In this document: in pieces, positions 39,870-48,801 of the stretch
How positions within the stretch are numbered: the stretch's first letter is position 1
Layout: each line of letters begins with the position of its first letter
Source of the DNA: Polyangiaceae bacterium
GTDB taxonomy: Bacteria; Myxococcota_A; Polyangia; Polyangiales; Polyangiaceae
Length of the DNA: 64,000 nt
NCBI GenBank assembly: GCA_050287085.1
Contig: JBNKBE010000009.1
Span: forward strand, 131,734-195,733
Direction: 5' to 3'
Program-made: the position numbers and the translations under genes
The notes under the pieces: generated by a model
Told to the model about the DNA's origin: nothing
Databases searched by the model: none
The model's input: the letters and a program-made list of their open reading frames with translations, nothing else

Positions 39870-40805
39870 ATGACGCTCTTCACTCTTCTGCTCATCATTG
39901 CCGCCTTCCTGCTCTGGAAGACCGCGATCGTGATCCCCATGCGCCAAGCCGCCGTAAAGGAACGGCTGGGCAAGTTCGCCGGGGTGCTCGACCCTGGGCT
40001 ACACATTCTGATCCCTTTCGTCGATCGCGTCGCCTACCTGCACGAGGTACGTGAGCAGGTGGTCGACGTCCCGGCGCAAATGTGCATCACGAAGGACAAT
40101 ATCCAGGTGGAGGTTGACGGGCTGGTGTACCTCAAGGTCATCGACCCCAAACGAGCTTCCTACGGCATCGGCGACTACCGCACCGCAAGCATCAACCTCG
40201 CGCAGACCACCATGCGCGCTGAGCTCGGGAAGCTGACGCTACACAAATCCTTTTCCGAGCGGGATGCCTTGAACGAGACCATCGTCAAGGAAATCGACAA
40301 GGCTTCGACCCCGTGGGGCATCAAGGTGCTGCGCTACGAACTGAAGAACATCACCCCCTCTCTGCATGTGATCCATACGCTGGAGAAAGCGATGGAAGCC
40401 GAACGCGAGCGCAGGGCAGAGGTAACGCAAGCGACCGCCCACAAGGAAGCCACGATCGCCATCTCAGAGGGACAGCGGCAAGAGGCCATCAACCATTCGG
40501 AAGGTGAACGCCAAGCGCGTCTGAACTCGGCAAGAGGCCGAGCCGCAGAAATACGTCTCGTCGCTGATGCCCAGGCCCAAGGTTTGATGCACATCGCGCA
40601 GGCGATCCGCCAAGAGGGTGGCGACCAAGCCGTGCAGATGCGTATCGTCGAACAATACACCAAAGAACTGCAGCGCGTCTTGCGTCACGCGTCTGTCAGT
40701 GTGGTACCGACCGAGCTGGCGAACATCAAATCCTTCTTCGAAGGGATCGTCGAAACAGGCAACGTCATGTCGGGCGCGGGCAACACGCACCGAGGGGTAC
40801 GCTGA
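39870..40805 (+). CDS. SPFH/paraslipin (QmcA-like) protein 1
   Basis: ERLGKF, CITKDN, LAQTTMR, WGIKVLRYE, AERERRA. Confidence 0.93.
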   Translation: MTLFTLLLIIAAFLLWKTAIVIPMRQAAVKERLGKFAGVLDPGLHILIPFVDRVAYLHEVREQVVDVPAQMCITKDNIQVEVDGLVYLKVIDPKRASYGIGDYRTASINLAQTTMRAELGKLTLHKSFSERDALNETIVKEIDKASTPWGIKVLRYELKNITPSLHVIHTLEKAMEAERERRAEVTQATAHKEATIAISEGQRQEAINHSEGERQARLNSARGRAAEIRLVADAQAQGLMHIAQAIRQEGGDQAVQMRIVEQYTKELQRVLRHASVSVVPTELANIKSFFEGIVETGNVMSGAGNTHRGVR

Positions 40806-41761
40806 TGGACACTTTTGATAACGCCGGCTGGGGCTTATTCAACACCGCCGTCTGGGGCATTCTCTTCGTTGTCGTCATCGTCGGGTTCGTGCAGGCGATC
40901 CGCATCGTTCCCAACCAAAAGGCCTATATCGTCGAACGGCTGGGACGTTATCGTCTTACGCTCAAGGCCGGCTTTCATCCTCTGATTCCCTTCATCGACC
41001 GCGTCACGTACATCCTCGATCTGAAGGAAGAAGCCATTGAAGTCCCCCCCCAGGATTGCTTCACGATGGACGAGGTGAAGGTCATCGTGGATGGCGTAAT
41101 GTACGTCTCGGTGATCGATCCCGTTCAAGCGGCCTATGGCATCACCGACTACCGAATGGGGGCCATGCAGCTCGCCCAGACCACCATTCGTTCCGTGATC
41201 GGCACGCTCGACCTCGACAGAACGTTCGAAGAGCGCGACTTGATCAGCGCGCGCGTAGTTCAGGTGCTCGCGGACGCGGGGACCAGTTGGGGGATCCAAG
41301 TTCACCGCTATGAGATCAAGAACATCGCCCCGCCCGAGTCGGTGCGTGTTTCCATGGAGAGGCAAGTAACAGCCGAACGCGAGCGTCGCGCCGTAGTCGC
41401 CAAGGCCGAAGGGGATCGGCAGGCGCGGATCAATCGCTCCGAAGGCGCCAAGATGGAGCTCATCAATCGCTCCGAAGGCGAGATGCAAGCCCGCATCAAC
41501 CAAGCGGAGGGACAAGCGGGAGCCATCTTGGAGCTCGCCCAGGCCACGGCCGCATCGGTTCAAGTCGTGGCCACGGCTGCATCACAGCCCGGAGGTCGCG
41601 ATGCGATTCGGCTCGAATTGGTGGAGCGCTATCTGGAGTCGCTCGCGCAGCTGGCCCGCGGTGACGCCAAAGTGCTGATGCCGAGTGACCTTTCTCATTT
41701 GGAACGGCTGCTCGAAGGCGCCGGGCTGGAACGAAGCGCGGGGCGGCGCGGCAGCAGCTAG
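40805..41761 (+). CDS. SPFH/paraslipin (QmcA-like) protein 2
   Basis: ERLGRY, LAQTTIRSVIG, WGIQVHRYEI, AERERRA; TGATG coupling to protein 1. Confidence 0.93.
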   Translation: MDTFDNAGWGLFNTAVWGILFVVVIVGFVQAIRIVPNQKAYIVERLGRYRLTLKAGFHPLIPFIDRVTYILDLKEEAIEVPPQDCFTMDEVKVIVDGVMYVSVIDPVQAAYGITDYRMGAMQLAQTTIRSVIGTLDLDRTFEERDLISARVVQVLADAGTSWGIQVHRYEIKNIAPPESVRVSMERQVTAERERRAVVAKAEGDRQARINRSEGAKMELINRSEGEMQARINQAEGQAGAILELAQATAASVQVVATAASQPGGRDAIRLELVERYLESLAQLARGDAKVLMPSDLSHLERLLEGAGLERSAGRRGSS

Positions 41762-41823
41762 ATCTCTTGCTGAGCGTTCGAATTTCTGCGCGCCCCGGGT
41801 CGCGGTCTGCTACCCACAGAACC

Positions 41824-42621
41824 ATGATGTCCCTCGACGCTGTCTGGCTTGGCACGCAGCCCTATGCGTCGACCTACCAGGTGCAGCTGGACCTGCTGGA
41901 GGCGCGCAAAGAGGGCCGCATCGGGGACACGGTGCTGCTTCTTGAACACGAACCTACGATCACCCTCGGACGGGGCGCGCGCAGTTCCAACCTACTGGCC
42001 TCCACGGAAGCCCTCGCCAACCGCTGCGTCAGCGTCCATCGCGTGGATCGTGGCGGCGACGTCACACTGCACGCCCCGGGCCAGCTCGTCGCTTACCCCA
42101 TCGTGAGCCTGGCCCCAGATCGCAAGGACGTCAGGCGCTACGTGAATGCACTGACGTACGCGATGGCGCGGGTTGTGAAGCCCTTTGGCCTCGATGGCGG
42201 AAGTCTCGAGGGGCTCGTCGGCCTGTGGCTCGATCTGCAATCCCCTTCCGCTTTCCCCTTGTCGGCTCCGCCTCGCGTTCCGGTGAAAGTGGGCGCCATC
42301 GGAGTCCGAATCTCGCGCTGGGTCACGATGCACGGCTTCGCCTTGAACGTGAGCAACGATCTGTCCCTATTTAGCCTCATCGTGCCGTGCGGCATCCGTG
42401 ACTACGGCGTCAGCAGCGTCCAGCAGCTGGCGGGGCGGGAACTGCCCTGCCGCGAGCTGGCCCCCGCGGCACACGCCGCCCTCGGGCATGAGCTCGGCCT
42501 CAAACGAGGCAAACTCTGGAGCGCAGGCGACGCGGCTCTTGCCACCGAACGCCCGGAACTGGCGGAAATACTGAACAGAAGACTGTCCAAACCGGCTTCC
42601 TGCGGCAAAATCGGCCCGTAG
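41824..42621 (+). CDS. lipB: Lipoyl(octanoyl) transferase
   Basis: LLEHEPTITLG, DRGGDVTLHAPGQLVAYPI, KVGAIG, TMHGFALN, IVPCG. Confidence 0.97.
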   Translation: MMSLDAVWLGTQPYASTYQVQLDLLEARKEGRIGDTVLLLEHEPTITLGRGARSSNLLASTEALANRCVSVHRVDRGGDVTLHAPGQLVAYPIVSLAPDRKDVRRYVNALTYAMARVVKPFGLDGGSLEGLVGLWLDLQSPSAFPLSAPPRVPVKVGAIGVRISRWVTMHGFALNVSNDLSLFSLIVPCGIRDYGVSSVQQLAGRELPCRELAPAAHAALGHELGLKRGKLWSAGDAALATERPELAEILNRRLSKPASCGKIGP

Positions 42622-42680
42622 GGAAAATGCGCCGGTCGGGACGACTTGCAGCGTGTTCGCGGCCTTGGTAGGCGCGGTAT

Positions 42681-44816
42681 GTGTCCGATTCCGGCGCTAG
42701 ACGCGTGAGACACGTAGGCTCGATTGTGGATCCTACGGTAGCCGAGACGTTTTCCAGGCGCCAGGACGAGGCCGCGCCGTCCAGTGCTATCTCGAACGGA
42801 GTGCCGGAACCGAGCTCCGCAGCGCACGCCGAGTCTCCCATTCCTCCACCGCCCCCGACGGCGATTGTTGGCACCGAGCCCTCGGCGCCCGATGATGCGA
42901 CGACCTCCCTCGATCCAAACGGACATCCGGTGAGAGATCGTCTGCTGGCCCGTGCCGCGGCCGCCCGCTCGGAAGCCCCTGCGAGCGCCGCGCCCCCGCG
43001 AGAGCCACGGGCCCCAACACCACCGCCGCTCCCCCCCCACACAGCGCCAAGCGCAAACCGCAACCCGCTGGACGCAGAGCTGGACGAGATCGTCGGGCCT
43101 GAGACACCAGGGCCCGCGGGCCAGGCGAAGCGTCCGGGTCTCTCGCTTTCGCCCAACGCCACCCTGCTGCTCGCAGGACTCGTGGGTGCAACCGCCCTGG
43201 CCTCGATTTTCGCGCTAGTGATTCAGCTAACCCCAGCCGAAGGCGTCGCTGAGCTGCCGCTTCCTACTTCGGTGCCGAACGCCACGACGAGCGCGAGCAC
43301 CCCTCTGGAGCAGGCCAAAGCCCCGCCCCCGCCCCCACGCAAGAAGATGCCGGGCCCCTGGCGCATCGAAAGTGCCGGAGCGTCAGAAAAGGTCATCCGT
43401 GGAAACATGGGCAGCGATCCTTTCTTGCGAGCCATTCAGAACGCTGGCCTGAGCAAAGCGGAAGCGTATCGCGTCTATGCCGCACTCAAGGAGGCCAAGA
43501 ACTTGGACCGTTGCCGCCCCATGGACGAATTCGTGGCCCTGGTGGACGCGAGCAGCGGACGGGTGAAGGCCTTTGAGTACATCGTCAGCCGAGCTGAGAT
43601 CTATCAGGCTCGGGAGAAAGACGGTAAGCTGCAGGGAGCACAACTGGACCTAAAGCAGACGCGAGGGCGCGTGCAGGGAGCGCTCGTGATGACCTCCTCA
43701 TCGTTTGCCGACGCGGCGCGAGCGGCCCACTTCGATCCTGGTTTGGGCCGCGTCATCAACGAGGCCTTGGAGGGACATACCTCGGTCGAAGCATTTGAGG
43801 TTGGAGACCGCTTGCGCGTCGTAGCGCAAGAGATGACCTTGCTCGGTGACTTCTACCGCTACACCGGGATCGAAGCGATGGAGTACCTCCCCAAAGACGG
43901 TGAGCCCCTCCGCATCTACTACCACCCCGGCCGCAAGCGTTACTACGACGCCAAAGGTCGCTCGCCCGGGGAAGGGGGCTTCAGGCGCCCCTGCAAAGGC
44001 GCCCCCATCACCTCAAAGTTCAATCCGAAGCGGCTGCACCCCATCCTGAAGAAGCGCATGCCTCACAACGGGACGGATTTCGGCGCCCCCACAGGTACAC
44101 CGATCGGGGCCTCTGCGCCTGGAGAGATCGTCAAGCTGGGCAACTACGGCCCGAACGGAAACTTCATCGCCGTCCAGCACTACGGTGGCTACGAAACCGG
44201 CTACTCCCACCTCTCGCGCTTCGAACCCGGGCTGAAGGTCGGAGACAAGGTCAAACGGATGCAAGTCATCGGCTACGTGGGTTCAACTGGGCGTTCCACG
44301 GGCCCCCACCTGCACTTCAGCGCCAAGAAGAATGGACAGTTCATCGACCCCGAGTCGCTGCAACTCGATGCCCTAACCGTACTCGCGAAAGCTGAACGCG
44401 AGCGCTTCGCGCCGCTCCGTGAGAAATATGATCACATGCTCGACGCGGTCGCCCTGCCCCCTCTGCCAGCCCAGGCTGTATCCCCCAGCGCACTGAGCGC
44501 AGCCGTTAGCAGAGGAGCAACAGCCAACGGGACAACCCAAGTCGCATCTCCAGCCGCGCTCTCACCCGCGGCGCTGTCGCCCGCCGATGTGCAAGAGGGA
44601 GTTCCGCACGGCGCCACCACCCCCGTCGCGACGCCACAGCCCCCCCCACCCCCCGCAGGCGTCCGCCCCGCTAGCAACGCAACGCGGGCGACCGGTGTCT
44701 CCGCTCCGCCGCCCCAACCGGCAGCGCCCCCGAGCCCAGGCAGCTTGCTCTACCTGAGTGATGAGGAGTTGATCCACACCCAAGGCGCAACGGACGACGG
44801 AGAAGTAGACGAGTGA
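42681..44816 (+). CDS. M23 family peptidoglycan endopeptidase (MepM-like), TM-anchored, Pro-rich termini
   Basis: RLHPILK..PHNGTDF, YSHLS, STGPHLHF. Confidence 0.92.
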   Translation: MSDSGARRVRHVGSIVDPTVAETFSRRQDEAAPSSAISNGVPEPSSAAHAESPIPPPPPTAIVGTEPSAPDDATTSLDPNGHPVRDRLLARAAAARSEAPASAAPPREPRAPTPPPLPPHTAPSANRNPLDAELDEIVGPETPGPAGQAKRPGLSLSPNATLLLAGLVGATALASIFALVIQLTPAEGVAELPLPTSVPNATTSASTPLEQAKAPPPPPRKKMPGPWRIESAGASEKVIRGNMGSDPFLRAIQNAGLSKAEAYRVYAALKEAKNLDRCRPMDEFVALVDASSGRVKAFEYIVSRAEIYQAREKDGKLQGAQLDLKQTRGRVQGALVMTSSSFADAARAAHFDPGLGRVINEALEGHTSVEAFEVGDRLRVVAQEMTLLGDFYRYTGIEAMEYLPKDGEPLRIYYHPGRKRYYDAKGRSPGEGGFRRPCKGAPITSKFNPKRLHPILKKRMPHNGTDFGAPTGTPIGASAPGEIVKLGNYGPNGNFIAVQHYGGYETGYSHLSRFEPGLKVGDKVKRMQVIGYVGSTGRSTGPHLHFSAKKNGQFIDPESLQLDALTVLAKAERERFAPLREKYDHMLDAVALPPLPAQAVSPSALSAAVSRGATANGTTQVASPAALSPAALSPADVQEGVPHGATTPVATPQPPPPPAGVRPASNATRATGVSAPPPQPAAPPSPGSLLYLSDEELIHTQGATDDGEVDE

Positions 44817-44882
44817 CGAGGCTGGGCCGCGAGGGAGCATTCGCGGGTTAGGGAGGGCCTTCCGGAAACGGCGCAGACCTGG

Positions 44883-46430
44883 CTAGGTGCCAATTCTGAG
44901 CACGAAGCGCGCGCCTTGGGGCTCATTGTCCTCAACCCAGACCGAGCCGCGATGAGCCTGCGCCACGTGCTGCACAAGCGCCAACCCAATCCCGCTCCCG
45001 CGGATCCCGGCGGTGCTCTCCCGCCGGACGAAACGCTCAAAGATTCGCTCGCGATCCTCCGGTGGGATACCCGCCCCGCGATCAGCGACAATTAGGTCGA
45101 TTCCGCCGCGTGGGGCTCGCCTCGCTGAAATGCCCACCCAGGTGCCAAACGACGCATACTTCATCGCGTTGTCGATCAAGTTTATGAGGGCAATCTCGAG
45201 CGCCCGCTCATCAATGCTCAGAGCGGGCAACTCCGGCTCTATCGAAACATCAAACGTGATGGACTGATTTTCGCCGCGCAGGCGACACACCTCTACCGCG
45301 CGAGAGACAACGCCTTCGATAGGCGCTTTGGTGAATACATAAGACTCTTCACCACGCTCGACACGCGCAAAGTCCAGAACGTTCTCGATCAACCCGCCGA
45401 GCCGTTCACTCTCCGTAACAATGATGCTCAGGTACTGCGCCCTCTTTTCATCAGAGCCGACGCGCCCCGACTGTAAGAGCTCGCTGAACATGCGAATGAG
45501 CGACAATGGAGTCTTCAGTTCGTGGGAAACGTTTGCAACGAAGTCACTCTTCAAGTTGGCAAGACGACGCTCGCGCTCGGCCGCGTGCAACACAACCACA
45601 CTGCCAGCGATGACCACGAGCGCGGACAACGCCGCCAGGACAATTTCGATCATGAGGCGACGCTCCGCACTGATTGCCAGCTCCTCCGCTCGGGTCAAGG
45701 CCACATTCAGACGCCACTTGTAGAGTGTAGTCTGAAAGTGTCGACCGACGGTGAAGTCACCTACGCTCAGAGGTGGGCCATAGATGATCCGACCCTGCGA
45801 ATCGACCACGTTGACTCGACTCTGCTGATCTTTCTCGCCGTAGAGCATCGGCAGATAGTGCACGACGATCCGCGCAACATCATGCCAAGCAAGTGTCAAC
45901 AGGTTGCGCCCCCGATACACCGTCTGCCAATAGCTAAACAGGTAGTTCTGCCCGCCAAAGTTGCGGTGCAGATGGCGAAGTTGACCGGGTGGAGTCTTCT
46001 CGAGCTCCAGCTGAGGCACAACCTGATTGAGAATCAGATGCCGAAATTCGTCATCCTTGGGCCCGGGTGCGCGCGATGCAAATAGCAGGACATCGTGCTG
46101 GTCGCTGCTCATGTCGATCGTCAACGCTGCTCGCACGGTGGGCGTTTGGCGCTCCGCCACCTGGAGCCAACTCTCCCCTGCCTCGAAGAGGCGCTCCGGT
46201 GCGAGCTCGCCTTCGACGACGTTGTCCTGCTCGATAATGCGCTGGTCCAGCCGGCCTGCTCGTTCATTCGCCAGTTCGAGCGACGCCTCGACCACGGCCT
46301 GCTCACGCAGCTTGTCGAGCTGGAAGCTCGCCCTGAAGGAGCCGCCGCTGAGAACGAGCACCGACACCACGATGGCTGGCAGCAGCAGGAAGGTGATCAG
46401 CCGATCGCGACGCGAGCGCCCGAGCCTCAT
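44883..46430 (-). CDS. Membrane sensor histidine kinase (HisKA + HATPase)
   Basis: Two TM, FVANVSHELKTPL, NLIDNAMKY, DRGAGI, GSGIGL; start reset to ATG 46430. Confidence 0.93.
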   Translation of the reverse strand: MRLGRSRRDRLITFLLLPAIVVSVLVLSGGSFRASFQLDKLREQAVVEASLELANERAGRLDQRIIEQDNVVEGELAPERLFEAGESWLQVAERQTPTVRAALTIDMSSDQHDVLLFASRAPGPKDDEFRHLILNQVVPQLELEKTPPGQLRHLHRNFGGQNYLFSYWQTVYRGRNLLTLAWHDVARIVVHYLPMLYGEKDQQSRVNVVDSQGRIIYGPPLSVGDFTVGRHFQTTLYKWRLNVALTRAEELAISAERRLMIEIVLAALSALVVIAGSVVVLHAAERERRLANLKSDFVANVSHELKTPLSLIRMFSELLQSGRVGSDEKRAQYLSIIVTESERLGGLIENVLDFARVERGEESYVFTKAPIEGVVSRAVEVCRLRGENQSITFDVSIEPELPALSIDERALEIALINLIDNAMKYASFGTWVGISARRAPRGGIDLIVADRGAGIPPEDRERIFERFVRRESTAGIRGSGIGLALVQHVAQAHRGSVWVEDNEPQGARFVLRIGT

Positions 46431-46564
46431 GCCGCCACCGCTGGACGCCCGCAATCTCGCATGCCCCCACTTTGCATGGGTCACGCGGCTCGGGGCAAGC
46501 CCCGCGGTCAACTTTCCCGCTTCAGCCTTCACAGGCGGCTTGCATCTGATAAACCCCGGAGAAG

Positions 46565-48793
46565 ATGCACGACGCCCCGCCAGCGCCTTCCCACCGACCC
46601 ACGTGGTTCGCTGTGGTCCGCCATCAGAAGCTTGTGGAGCTGGCCTCTCGCCCCAAAGCCTCCCCTCCGCCCTGGCTCGAACGAGCCTATGTGGTGTACG
46701 CGCTCTTGCTTGTGCTCGTCGTGGCGCTGGACTACTACGGCTCTTTGCACTCGCAGCTGCTGCTATCGGCCGCGCGCGCCGGCATGCCGAGCGGCGCCGA
46801 GCGGTGGTCGGCGCCGCTCGACGATGTGTTCATCCACTTCGACTTCGCGCGCTCCACGGCGCGGGGCTATCCATTTCAGTGGTCCGAAGGCAACGGCTAC
46901 TCGAGTGGGGGCACCAGCCTACTGTATCCCTTCGTGCTGGCCCTGGGATACCGCCTAGGGTTCACGGGCAATGCGTTGATGCATTGGGCGGCGATGGTCG
47001 CCTGTGTGTCGGTATGGGCAACGCTCGTTGGGTGCAAGCGGCTGCTGGCGGACTACCCCCCTATCTTGTGGTTTCTGCTTCCGCCCTGCTTGCTATCGGT
47101 CGGTGCGCTCAATTGGTCGCTGTTCAGCGGGATGGAGGTCTCCTTCTTTCTTGCCGTCTGGACATTTGCTTTCGTGCAATGGTGGAAGTTGCGCGCTGCG
47201 GCACAAGAGCTTCGCAGGAATAGGGCCATGGGCCTCGGACTCGCGTGCGCTTTGCTCGTCGCAACGAGACCTGAAGCGGCCATTTTGGTCGCATTGCTGA
47301 CCGTTACGGCCTTGCCGTGGCGCTCGGGCTCCTTGCTTGGCAACCTCACGCTCCTCACCGTCAGCGCCGGCCCGGGTGCGCTGGTTACGGTCGTTCACGC
47401 GCTGGCCAACAAGTACTACACCGGCGACTTCAGTGCCGCCGGGGCCATCGTCAAGCTAGAGCTGAATCATCCATACCTGGAGGCTGCGGAAATCTGGAAC
47501 GCCTGGAAGTTCCACTTCTGGTACCAATTCGCTCGCGTCACGAACTACCACTTTTCCGATCTGCATTGGCGTCTCAACGACGCCGTGGTCGTCAGCTCCG
47601 GTTGGGGCGTCTGGGTATTGGCCGCACTGCCGCTTTGGCCCCGCAAGACGCGCTCGGGAGCCGCCGTCTTGTGGTGCACGCAGTTGGCCTTCATGGCCTT
47701 GGTCGCCCTAAACGGGCAGGTCCGCTGGCAGAACGAGCGCTATACGATGCCGGCTGTAGCGTGGCTGCTACTCAACGCGAGCACCGGGATTGCTCTTGCC
47801 GTGCACTGGAGCGCGAGTGGGCTACTAGCCCTACGGCAGCACCTTGCCTCAACCTCGGCGTCGCGGCTCGTCGCTGGCCTCGTCGGCTTGACCCTGACCG
47901 GGCTGTTCGTCGCAGGTCAGGTCAACCCGGCCCGCGGTCAGCGCTGGTTCTTCGGTCGAGCCAGCAGAAACATTCTTGACCAGCACGTCCAAGTGGGTCG
48001 CGCTCTGCGAAGGTTACGGCCAAACCGAGTGCTGCTGAGCGATGCCGGTGCGATCCCCTACGCCTCCGACTTGCCGGCACTCGATATCATCGGGCTGGGT
48101 GGGTATCACGACCTCCCATTCGCGCGTGCGAGCAACCACGGCGTAGGTGCAGTGGTCGAGCTGCTACAGCGTATGCCGCCCGAGACGCGACCAGACTTGA
48201 TGGCGCTCTACCCGTCCTGGTGGCGTGAGCTACCGCTTTGGTTCGGGAAGCCACTATTCGAAGCCACCGCTCGAGGCAATGTCGTCTGCGGCGCCGCCAG
48301 CAAGGTTGTCTACCGTCCTGACTGGCACCCCCTTGTTCAAAGTGACATGCCCGACGAGGCTGCCAAGCGCCGCGTCGTACTCGAGGTCGACGTCGCCGAC
48401 TTAGTGAGCGAGCACGAGACGCAGCTGCGATGGGGGGGAAGCCCCGGGTTCGTCGCGATGAAGCTCCTGCCCAATCCACGCGCGCCGCTGCTCGACTTAT
48501 TTGACGCGGGCCGAGTCTTTCCGCCCGGAAGTGCCGTAGATTTCGTATCGAACAAACACCGCCCGCTGGCGCCAGCGACACTGGTTCTCCGCTCCACGCA
48601 GACGACCCGAGCACAACTCAACGTTGCCATCGGCGCGGCGCCTCCCATCGAGGTGCAGTTGGAAGCAGATCAGGGTTGGCACCACACCGTTGTCGAGTTT
48701 TCTCCGGCCTTGCTCGACCAGAGCTCACTTCCACTCCGCGTGGAGGTCAGCTCTGGTGAAGTCGTTCTTCACCATCTTTGGCTCGTTCAGTAG
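46565..48793 (+). CDS. GT-C fold multi-TM glycosyltransferase
   Basis: First-loop LDDVFIHFDFAR, GGTSLLYP, SGME, ATRPE, DAGAIPY...DIIGL. Confidence 0.75.
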   Translation: MHDAPPAPSHRPTWFAVVRHQKLVELASRPKASPPPWLERAYVVYALLLVLVVALDYYGSLHSQLLLSAARAGMPSGAERWSAPLDDVFIHFDFARSTARGYPFQWSEGNGYSSGGTSLLYPFVLALGYRLGFTGNALMHWAAMVACVSVWATLVGCKRLLADYPPILWFLLPPCLLSVGALNWSLFSGMEVSFFLAVWTFAFVQWWKLRAAAQELRRNRAMGLGLACALLVATRPEAAILVALLTVTALPWRSGSLLGNLTLLTVSAGPGALVTVVHALANKYYTGDFSAAGAIVKLELNHPYLEAAEIWNAWKFHFWYQFARVTNYHFSDLHWRLNDAVVVSSGWGVWVLAALPLWPRKTRSGAAVLWCTQLAFMALVALNGQVRWQNERYTMPAVAWLLLNASTGIALAVHWSASGLLALRQHLASTSASRLVAGLVGLTLTGLFVAGQVNPARGQRWFFGRASRNILDQHVQVGRALRRLRPNRVLLSDAGAIPYASDLPALDIIGLGGYHDLPFARASNHGVGAVVELLQRMPPETRPDLMALYPSWWRELPLWFGKPLFEATARGNVVCGAASKVVYRPDWHPLVQSDMPDEAAKRRVVLEVDVADLVSEHETQLRWGGSPGFVAMKLLPNPRAPLLDLFDAGRVFPPGSAVDFVSNKHRPLAPATLVLRSTQTTRAQLNVAIGAAPPIEVQLEADQGWHHTVVEFSPALLDQSSLPLRVEVSSGEVVLHHLWLVQ

Positions 48794-48801
48794 GAACACC
48801 C

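Noticed and set aside
46027..47223. 398-aa plus-strand ORF
   Set aside because: Overlaps the kinase antisense and the GT-C gene out of frame; GC-driven open frame
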